39,057 nt of DNA from a virus, in the IMG/VR virus record IMGVR_UViG_3300029818_000005, positions 1-39,057 of that record; one strand, 5' to 3'. Numbering within the stretch: position 1 is the first letter of the stretch; each line of letters opens with the position of its first letter. Below, one piece after another: positions 7,324 to 14,464 of this stretch. A program made the translations under genes and the position numbers. Under the pieces are notes generated by a model that was not told where the DNA came from, did no database searches, and saw nothing but the letters and a program-made list of their open reading frames with translations.

Positions 7324-9557
7324 ACAAACACAGGTCAGCGCCTGGCATCGGCGTCCGTGCAACCGCGCGCTCACCCGACCGCCAGCACATCGAACCCATG
7401 ATGCAGCTCCGGCCGGCTGCCGATGCCGCCGGGTACGAACTGCTGATTTACGGGGATATCGGCGAGTCCTGGTGGGGCGAGTCTGTCACCGCCCGATCAG
7501 TCGTTGAACAACTCAACGGGATCGCTGTCGGCACCCAGACCGTCAACGTCCGCGTCAACAGCTACGGCGGCTCCGTTGCCGATGGCCTCGCGATCTACAA
7601 CGCGCTGCGCCGTGTCTCATCGCGAGGGATCCGCGTGGTCGTCACCGTCGATGGCGTCGCGATGTCGTCGGCAGCAACCATCGCAATGGCCGGTGATGAA
7701 GTGATCATGCCGGATTCGTCGATGTTGATGATCCACGCCCCATGGGGTGGCGCGGTCGGCAACGCCAATGAGTTGCGGACATACGCGGATGTGCTCGACA
7801 CATTCGCCGAAGCGATGGCCGCAGCCTATACCGCCAAGAGCGGCAAGCCGCGCGCCGACGTGTTGGCGCTTCTACAGGATGGCGCCGACCACTACTACAC
7901 CGGCGAGCAAGCGGTAGCGGAAGGTTTCGCCGACCACATCGTCAGCACCGACGCCACAACCGCCGAACCGGACGCGCAAGCACGCGCCTTCGCCAGCGGC
8001 CTTTTGCAGCGGTTCCTTACCAGAGCACCTGAAAGCGTGGCCCAGCAAGCCATCGCCGCATCCCTGCGCTCTCGCATGGCTGTACCACAACCCACCAAAC
8101 CGGCGGAACCCGCCGCCAATGGAGACGATCTCATGTCCTACCTCGCACGCGCCCGCACGCGCCTTCAGAACCGCGCCGACGACCACGCAGGTGGTGGCGG
8201 CTCCGCGCCGGCACCGGCGCCAGCCCCGCCCACGGCCTCCGCCGATCGCACATCGATCCTGGCTGCGGACCAGCAGCGCCGAAGCGCCATTCGCGCGCAC
8301 TTTGCGCCGCATGCCGCGCGCACGGATGTCAATCAGGGTGAGATCGCACGGCTGCAGCGGGAGTGCGAAGACGCCGTGGATTGCACGCCTGAGGCGGCGG
8401 GGCTGAAACTTTTGGCGATGCTCGGGCAGGGCACCACGCCGACGGGCGCCGGCCGCGTCGAGGCCGGCAGCCAGGACGAAACCGAAACCTATCGCACCGG
8501 CGCAATCAGTGCGCTGCTCAATCGCGCCAACCCGTCCGCGCACAAGCTCGATGAGCGTGGCGCGCAGTTCCGCGGCTTCAACCTCGGCGACCTCGCCCGC
8601 GACTGCACCGAGCGCGCCGGCGTCCGTACGCGCGGCCTGTCCAAGCAAGAGATTGCAGTGCGCGCAATGCACTCGACCAGCGATTTCCCGTTGATCATCG
8701 AGAACGTGATCACCAAGTCGCTGCGCGCCGGGTACGCCGGCAGCTCGCGGACTTTCACCTTGTTCAGCCGTCAGGCGACCCTGCCCGACTTCAAGCAGAT
8801 CAGCCGCGTGCAGCTCGGCGGAGCGCCCAACCTCAAGCGCGTACAAGAGGGCGCGGATTACGAGTTCGGCACCATCGGCGAGGGCGCCGAGAAGTACGCC
8901 GTCCAGAAATACGGCCGGATCGTCGCCATCACCTGGGAGACGATCATCAACGATGACATGGACGCGCTCACCCGCATCCCGCAGGCGTTCGGCGCCAGCG
9001 CCGCCGACCTGGAAAGCGACATCGTCTACGCCATCCTGACCGGCAATCCGGGCATGGCTGACGGCGTGGCACTGTTCCACGCCAGTCACGGCAACCTCGG
9101 CGCCGCCGCCGCACTGTCCGATGCACTCGATCCGACCAAGGCCAACCCGCTCGCCGAGATGCGCAAGATGATGCTGCTGCAGAAGGGCATCGAGGGCCGC
9201 TACATCACCGTGCGCCCGCGCTACCTCATGGTCCCGCCCGACCTGGAGGAGACCGCACTCAAGGTCACCAACGCTACCCTGGTGGCCGGCAAGGCGGGCG
9301 ACGTGAATGTGGTCGGCCCGACCCTGGTGCCGGTGGTCGAACCGCGCCTGCACGACGGCAGCGCCACCGCATGGTTCGGCGCTGCCGAGCCCAGCACCAT
9401 CGACACCATCGAGTTCGCCTACCTGCAGGGCCATGAAGGTGTGTTCACCGAGACCCGCAACGGCTTCGAGGTCGATGGGGTGCAGGTCAAGTGCCGCCAC
9501 GTGTTCGGCGCCAAGGCCATCGACTTCCGCGGTCTGTTCAAGAACGCCGGCGCGTAA
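7320..9557 (+). CDS. ClpP-type prohead protease fused to the major capsid protein
   Basis: ATGA overlap with portal. The N-terminus VNSYGGSVADGLAIYNAL...AMSSAATIAMAG...MIHAPWGG is ClpP-like. An Ala/Pro-rich linker follows, then a C-terminal roughly 400 aa with capsid-like features (FPLIIENVITKSLRAGY...). Confidence 0.85.
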   Translation: MNKHRSAPGIGVRATARSPDRQHIEPMMQLRPAADAAGYELLIYGDIGESWWGESVTARSVVEQLNGIAVGTQTVNVRVNSYGGSVADGLAIYNALRRVSSRGIRVVVTVDGVAMSSAATIAMAGDEVIMPDSSMLMIHAPWGGAVGNANELRTYADVLDTFAEAMAAAYTAKSGKPRADVLALLQDGADHYYTGEQAVAEGFADHIVSTDATTAEPDAQARAFASGLLQRFLTRAPESVAQQAIAASLRSRMAVPQPTKPAEPAANGDDLMSYLARARTRLQNRADDHAGGGGSAPAPAPAPPTASADRTSILAADQQRRSAIRAHFAPHAARTDVNQGEIARLQRECEDAVDCTPEAAGLKLLAMLGQGTTPTGAGRVEAGSQDETETYRTGAISALLNRANPSAHKLDERGAQFRGFNLGDLARDCTERAGVRTRGLSKQEIAVRAMHSTSDFPLIIENVITKSLRAGYAGSSRTFTLFSRQATLPDFKQISRVQLGGAPNLKRVQEGADYEFGTIGEGAEKYAVQKYGRIVAITWETIINDDMDALTRIPQAFGASAADLESDIVYAILTGNPGMADGVALFHASHGNLGAAAALSDALDPTKANPLAEMRKMMLLQKGIEGRYITVRPRYLMVPPDLEETALKVTNATLVAGKAGDVNVVGPTLVPVVEPRLHDGSATAWFGAAEPSTIDTIEFAYLQGHEGVFTETRNGFEVDGVQVKCRHVFGAKAIDFRGLFKNAGA

Positions 9558-9580
9558 CCGGCAGCCATGGAGAAATTGTC

Positions 9581-9934
9581 ATGAAAAACGAAGTGAGCTT
9601 CGGCACCACCAAAAGTTTCACCGCGGGTGCCGACACGGTCTCCGGGCAAGCCGTCGTGAACGGCGTGCTGCTCGGTGTCGCGGTGGGCAATACCGCTACC
9701 GGTGACGTTGGCACGTTGCAGATCGAAGGCGTTTTCGAACTGCCCAAGAACGCCGCAGCCGTGATCGGCGACGGCGATTCCCTCACCTGGGATGTGTCGG
9801 CGAACGGGTTCGGCACCGGTGTTCCGGCAGCCGGCGATCTGGTTGGCTGCGCGATCGCGATGGCGCCGGCCGGTGCCGGCTCCGCCACCGTGATCGCCCG
9901 GCTTGCGCCGGGTTCCGGTCTGATCACCGCGTAA
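9581..9934 (+). CDS. DUF2190-like small head-associated protein
   Basis: GGAGA 7 nt upstream of the ATG. Gly/Val-rich 117-aa protein (GDVGTLQIEGVFELPK...GDSLTWD) directly after the capsid gene. Confidence 0.65.
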   Translation: MKNEVSFGTTKSFTAGADTVSGQAVVNGVLLGVAVGNTATGDVGTLQIEGVFELPKNAAAVIGDGDSLTWDVSANGFGTGVPAAGDLVGCAIAMAPAGAGSATVIARLAPGSGLITA

Positions 9935-9948
9935 GGGGCCGCGCGAGC

Positions 9949-10248
9949 ATGTCATTCATGGAGATCGCATTCGAAGCAGATGCCGAGATTTTCGCCGCGC
10001 TGGCGGATCCGGCAATGCTGGATGGTGTCGCCGTGAATGGCATGTTTCGGGCCCCCTGGTTGCAACCGCAAATGGGCGGGATGGGCACCGGCATCGTTGA
10101 GCCGCACCTGGTCATCCGCGACGGTGATCTGGGCGCGGCAGGACAGGGCAGCACGGTTGCCCATGATGGCCGTACCTACACCGTGGTCTCGGTGGAGCCC
10201 GATGGCACCGGCCTGACCGCGCTGGTGCTGCGTGAGGTGATGCCGTGA
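9949..10248 (+). CDS. Head-tail connector/head completion protein (tentative)
   Basis: 99 aa. Assigned by position between the head and tail modules; no strong motif. Confidence 0.5.
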   Translation: MSFMEIAFEADAEIFAALADPAMLDGVAVNGMFRAPWLQPQMGGMGTGIVEPHLVIRDGDLGAAGQGSTVAHDGRTYTVVSVEPDGTGLTALVLREVMP

Positions 10249-10772
10249 TCAGCATGCAGATGGGCATCGACCGCAAAGAGCTCGATCAACTGCTCGGCGC
10301 GTTCCAGATCAGCAAGCGTGCGGCCAAGCGCGCCGCTGAGCGTGCCGTGCGCAAGGCGGCCAAGTGGACCGGCGGCCAGGCAGCGAAGGTCACCGGCGCC
10401 GAGCTGCGGGTGCAGCAGCGCTTCATTCGCCAGCGCCTGCGCTTGTTCCGCAAAGGCGATGGTACCGAGCAAAAAATCTGGCTTGGCCTGAACTCCGTCG
10501 CTGCCGCGCGCTTGGGGCAGGCGCGGCAGGGTCCGCGCGGCGTACGCATTGGCCAGCACTTCTTCGACAAGGCCTTCATCATCAAGAAGTACGGTGGTGG
10601 GATATACACGCGGCCGTCGGCTGATCGATTTCCGATCAGCCTGGTCAAGGTTGAAATTGACGAAGCCGGCGCGCGCGCAATCCGCGCCGTGGCGGCGCGC
10701 GCCGAAGAACGCCTGCTCACCCTGCTGCGGCAGGAGCTGAACTTCGAGCTATCTCGGAGCGGCAAGCGATGA
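10245..10772 (+). CDS. Minor tail/tail completion protein, lambda gpZ-like (tentative)
   Basis: GTGA overlap. The pattern ...VRKAAKWTGGQAAKV...GVRIGQHFFDKAFIIKKYGGGIYTRPSADRFPI resembles gpZ-family proteins. Confidence 0.5.
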   Translation: MISMQMGIDRKELDQLLGAFQISKRAAKRAAERAVRKAAKWTGGQAAKVTGAELRVQQRFIRQRLRLFRKGDGTEQKIWLGLNSVAAARLGQARQGPRGVRIGQHFFDKAFIIKKYGGGIYTRPSADRFPISLVKVEIDEAGARAIRAVAARAEERLLTLLRQELNFELSRSGKR

Positions 10773-11278
10773 CCCTGACCGAAGCCATCGATGCGATTGC
10801 CGCACTGCTGCGCGCTGCCATGCCCGACGTGCCCACGGTGTCGGCCGATCCGCCGCCGCAGGCGCAGCGCGCCGTGCGCATGCCGGCGGTGTACCTGCAG
10901 CTCACCGAGTTGGAGCCGCTTGGCAACCCCGGCGATGGACGGGTGTCTGCCGATGCCCGTTTCGAGGCGTACTGCATCGTTGATCCGAACACGCCGCGCG
11001 CCGAGCTGGCCTGCCGCGAGCTGGCGGCGCGGGTGATCCTCGCCTTGCATGCTGCGCCGCGCCCGTTGCCAGGGCACGGCCACCTGCGGCAGCTGCGTGC
11101 TGGCGATGCCGATTTTCGCCCCGAGCTGGACGGCTACCGCCTGTGGCTGGTCGAGTTCGGCATTGAGTTGCAACTCGGCGCGTTGGAGCCGGCCGGCATC
11201 ACGCCCACTGAAATCTGGCTGGGCACGTCGCCCGACATCGGCCCACCACACGTTGATGACTACGAGCAGGTCGAATGA
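10769..11278 (+). CDS. Tail completion/terminator-like protein (tentative)
   Basis: ATGA overlap; 169 aa. Assigned by position upstream of the baseplate spike and sheath genes. Confidence 0.45.
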   Translation: MTLTEAIDAIAALLRAAMPDVPTVSADPPPQAQRAVRMPAVYLQLTELEPLGNPGDGRVSADARFEAYCIVDPNTPRAELACRELAARVILALHAAPRPLPGHGHLRQLRAGDADFRPELDGYRLWLVEFGIELQLGALEPAGITPTEIWLGTSPDIGPPHVDDYEQVE

Positions 11279-11829
11279 ACCCGATCGACATCACCGAACT
11301 GGCGCGCCGCCTCGCCAACCTGCTGCGCTACGGGCAGATCGAGCAGGCCGACTACGCCCAGGCGTTGGTGCGGGTGCAGTGCGATGGCTACCTCACCGGC
11401 TGGCTGCCGTGGCTCACCCGCCGCGCTGGCGGCGATGTCGATTGGTGGGCGCCGGAGGTCGGCGAAGCGGTGCTGGTGCTGGCCCCGGATGGCGACCCGG
11501 CGCTGGCCGTGGTGTTGCCCGCCGCGTACAGCGACGCCGTGCCGCCGCCGGAAACCTCGCCCGACATCGCCGCGTGGCGGTTCGGCACTGCGGTCTCCGT
11601 CGCCGTGGATCGCAGCACCGGCGCGCTGACCGTGATCGCCAGCGGCACCGTGCGCGTGCAAGCCCCGCGCGTGGAGATCGCTGCCGAGCAAGTGGAGATC
11701 ACCGGCCACCTGAGCGTCGGCGATGGCGTCACCGTCACCGGCGATGTTACCGCCGATGGCATCAGCCTCAAGACCCACAAACACGGCGGCGTGCAGGCCG
11801 GCGGCGCGCTCACCGGGGCACCGCAATGA
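11275..11829 (+). CDS. gpV: Baseplate assembly/spike protein, P2 gpV-like
   Basis: ELARRLANLLRYGQI...WLPWLTRRAGGDVDWWAPEVGEAVLVLAPDGD...KTHKHGGVQAGG closely follows the P2 gpV pattern. Confidence 0.85.
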   Translation: MNPIDITELARRLANLLRYGQIEQADYAQALVRVQCDGYLTGWLPWLTRRAGGDVDWWAPEVGEAVLVLAPDGDPALAVVLPAAYSDAVPPPETSPDIAAWRFGTAVSVAVDRSTGALTVIASGTVRVQAPRVEIAAEQVEITGHLSVGDGVTVTGDVTADGISLKTHKHGGVQAGGALTGAPQ

Positions 11830-11899
11830 GACTGAAAATTGCTGTAACTGACAACCGCGCCACCGCGCACCGTTTGACCACACACTGAAGGAGCCTGAA

Positions 11900-13108
11900 A
11901 TGCCCACCGATTTTTTGCATGGCGTTGAAGTTGTCGAGATCGACAACGGCGCACGCCCCATTGCCGTCGCCCGCTCCAGCGTCATCGGACTGGTCGGCAC
12001 CGCGCCCGATCTGGATGCCGTTGCGTTGCCGGCCAGCTTCGCGACCCAGACCGACTGGGATGCCGCCAAGGCCGCATTCCCGCTGAACACCCCGGTGCTG
12101 ATTGCGGGCAGCTTGCGCGAGGCGGCGCAGTTGGGACTGGCCGGTACCTTGCCGGCGGCACTGCGCGGCGTGTTCGACCAGACCGGCGCGCTGGTGGTGG
12201 TGGTGCGCGTGGCCGAAGGCCTCGACGCCGCCGCGACGCAGGCCAACGTGATCGGCGGCGTCGATGTTGGCACTGGCCAGTACACCGGCATCAGCGCGTT
12301 CCTCGGCGCCGAGAGCACGGTAAAGGTGACGCCGCGCGTGCTGGTTGCGCACGGCTTCAGCCAGAACGCAGCGGTGGCCAACGCGCTGTTGACGGTCGCC
12401 GATCGTCTGCGTGCAGTGGTTATCGCCGATGGCCCGAACACCGATGATGCTGCGGCGATTGCCTACGCCGGCACCTTCGGCAGCGCGCGCTTGTTCCTGG
12501 TTGATCCGTGGGTCAAGGTGCTGTCGGCGAGCGGCGCCGAAACGGTCGAACCGGCGTCCGCGCGCGTGGCCGGCCTGATCGCCAAGTCCGATTCCGAGCG
12601 CGGCTTCTGGTGGAGCCCGTCGAACCAGGAACTGCGCGGCGTGCTTGGCACCGCTCGGCCGGTGGACTTCGCCTTGGGCGACGCCAACGCGCGCGCCAAC
12701 CTGCTCAACGAAGCGAAGGTGGCCACGATCATCCACCAGAACGGCTTCCGGCTGTGGGGCAACCGCAGCGCCACCATCGATCCCAAGTGGGCGTTCCTGA
12801 GCGTGCGTCGTACCGCCGACATCATCAACGAAAGCCTGCTGCGCGCGCACCTGTGGGCGGTGGATCGCAACCTCACCCGCACCTACGTCAGTGATGTGAC
12901 CGATGGCCTCAACGCCTTCATGCGCCAGCTCACCGCGCAGGGCGCCATCCTCGGCGGCCGCGCCTGGGCCGATCCGGACCTGAACACACCAATCAGCCTC
13001 GCCGCCGGCAAGGTGTTCTTCAACTTCGAGTTCACCCCGCCGGCACCGGCCGAGCGCATCACCTTCCGCTCGCAGCTCACCAATGACTACCTGCAGGAGA
13101 TTCTGTAA
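11900..13108 (+). CDS. gpFI: Contractile tail sheath protein (P2 FI-like)
   Basis: GAAGGAG RBS; 402 aa. MPTDFLHGVEVVEIDNG...GFRLWGNRS is typical of the sheath family. Confidence 0.9.
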   Translation: MPTDFLHGVEVVEIDNGARPIAVARSSVIGLVGTAPDLDAVALPASFATQTDWDAAKAAFPLNTPVLIAGSLREAAQLGLAGTLPAALRGVFDQTGALVVVVRVAEGLDAAATQANVIGGVDVGTGQYTGISAFLGAESTVKVTPRVLVAHGFSQNAAVANALLTVADRLRAVVIADGPNTDDAAAIAYAGTFGSARLFLVDPWVKVLSASGAETVEPASARVAGLIAKSDSERGFWWSPSNQELRGVLGTARPVDFALGDANARANLLNEAKVATIIHQNGFRLWGNRSATIDPKWAFLSVRRTADIINESLLRAHLWAVDRNLTRTYVSDVTDGLNAFMRQLTAQGAILGGRAWADPDLNTPISLAAGKVFFNFEFTPPAPAERITFRSQLTNDYLQEIL

Positions 13109-13614
13109 TGATTGCCGACATCCTGTACGACCTGAACCTGTTCGTCGATGGCCGTGGTTACGCCGGCCGCATCAAGGAGCTCAAGCTGCCCACCCTCAAG
13201 CCGGTGATGCAGGGCTACAAGGCCGGCGGCATGGCAGCCGAGATCGACGTGCCCATGGGGCGCTTCGAAAAGCTCGAAGCCGAAGCCACGCTGCTGGCGT
13301 TCGATCGCGACGTGCTCAACGCCCTGCGCATCCTGCCGGGTGAGCTGTTCGCCTTCGTGGCGCGTGGCGCCAAGGTATCCGACGACGGCACCAAGAAGGG
13401 CGTGGTAGTCACCATGCGCGGCCTGCTGTCCGAGGTGGATATGGACACCTGGAAGCCGGGCGAGGAAATGCCGCTCAAGCTCAAAATGAGTCTGCGCTAT
13501 TACAAGCTCGAAGACGACGGCACCGTGGTGTACGAAATCGACCCGATCAACTACGTGGCCGTGGTCAACGGCACCGACCAGTTGGCCAAGACCCGCGAAC
13601 ACCTGGCGATCTGA
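13108..13614 (+). CDS. gpFII: Tail tube protein (P2 FII-like)
   Basis: TAATG overlap; 168 aa. LYDLNLFVDGRGYAGRIKELKLPTL is typical of FII. Confidence 0.9.
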   Translation: MIADILYDLNLFVDGRGYAGRIKELKLPTLKPVMQGYKAGGMAAEIDVPMGRFEKLEAEATLLAFDRDVLNALRILPGELFAFVARGAKVSDDGTKKGVVVTMRGLLSEVDMDTWKPGEEMPLKLKMSLRYYKLEDDGTVVYEIDPINYVAVVNGTDQLAKTREHLAI

Positions 13615-13616
13615 CC

Positions 13617-13862
13617 ATGGCCACGAAAATCTATCGAGTGCTCAAGGCATTCGTGCATCAGCACCTGCATTGCGATGCCGGCGCCACCATCAAGCTGACC
13701 GCCGAACAGGCCGAGTTCCTTCGGCATGGCGGGTTTGTCGCACCAGTAGCCGAAGCGCCACCTGAAACGCCAGCCGGCGAACCCGATGCTTCGGTGACGC
13801 CAACCGCCGATGTGCAGCCCGATGACGGTGAACGCAAACGGCGCAAAGGAGGCCGGGAATGA
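13617..13862 (+). CDS. Hypothetical small protein
   Basis: 81 aa between the tube and chaperone genes, coupled to gpE (ATGA). Confidence 0.5.
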   Translation: MATKIYRVLKAFVHQHLHCDAGATIKLTAEQAEFLRHGGFVAPVAEAPPETPAGEPDASVTPTADVQPDDGERKRRKGGRE

Positions 13863-14107
13863 GCGATCGCACCGCAGTACCGCTGGCATACCCGGTAACG
13901 TCCGATGGCGTGGAGATCAAAGCCCTGTCGTTTCGCCGGCCAAAGGTGCGCGACATGTTGCTGGCCGAAAAGCAGGGCAGCAATCAGGCCGAACGCGAGG
14001 TGCGGATGGTCGCCAACCTGTGCGAGGTCGCGCCCACCGTGATCGAGGACTTGGACTTTGCCGACTACACCGCCGCGCAAAAGGTGCTTCAGGGTTTTTT
14101 GTCCTGA
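13859..14107 (+). CDS. gpE: Tail assembly chaperone, P2 gpE-like
   Basis: 82 aa. Lies upstream of the tape measure gene and ends just after a TTTTTTG slip site. Confidence 0.8.
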   Translation: MSDRTAVPLAYPVTSDGVEIKALSFRRPKVRDMLLAEKQGSNQAEREVRMVANLCEVAPTVIEDLDFADYTAAQKVLQGFLS

Positions 14108-14244
14108 GGCCGGACGATGCGCGCCGGGCGTGTGCCTGGCTCGCATCGCGTACCGGGTGGGCGCTGTGCGAATTGCTCGATCTGGATGGCGCGGAGCTTA
14201 CCGAGTGGGTGGCGGCGGCGAAGGCGGTTTGCCCTCGCGAATGA
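13859..14244 (+). CDS. Frameshift-extended chaperone E+E' (-1 shift at 14095-14101)
   Basis: The zero frame reads ggT TTT TTG. The -1 frame is open from the slip site to TGA 14242-14244 (VLRPDDARRACAW...AVCPRE). Confidence 0.7.
14095..14101 (+). promoter_or_regulatory. Programmed -1 ribosomal frameshift heptamer T TTT TTG
   Basis: The heptamer and frame phasing are identical to the P2 E/E+E' site. Confidence 0.7.
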
Positions 14245-14464
14245 TCGCAATGACGCCCTCGGTCAGTCGCCAGATGACAGCGGCGAACAAGACAACCGGC
14301 ACCATTGCGATCAATGTACCGATGAGCGCAGCAGGGATCGAGGCGATCCAGCCGAAGCCTTCGCCGAACACCAGCCAGCCCCACAGCGATCCGAACAGAG
14401 CAATGCCGATCCACTGACCGAAGGAAGTACGCATGTCATCGAACCTGGCCATTGGCGTTACCAT
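14198..14464 (-). CDS. Opposite-strand small membrane protein (2 predicted TM helices) between the chaperone and tape measure genes
   Basis: WIGIALFGSLWGWLVFG and IASIPAALIGTLIAMVPVVLFAAVIW. The codon third position is GC-biased. It fills an otherwise 190-nt gap on the plus strand. ATG 14434 is an alternative start. Confidence 0.5.
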   Translation of the reverse strand: MVTPMARFDDMRTSFGQWIGIALFGSLWGWLVFGEGFGWIASIPAALIGTLIAMVPVVLFAAVIWRLTEGVIAIIREGKPPSPPPPTR

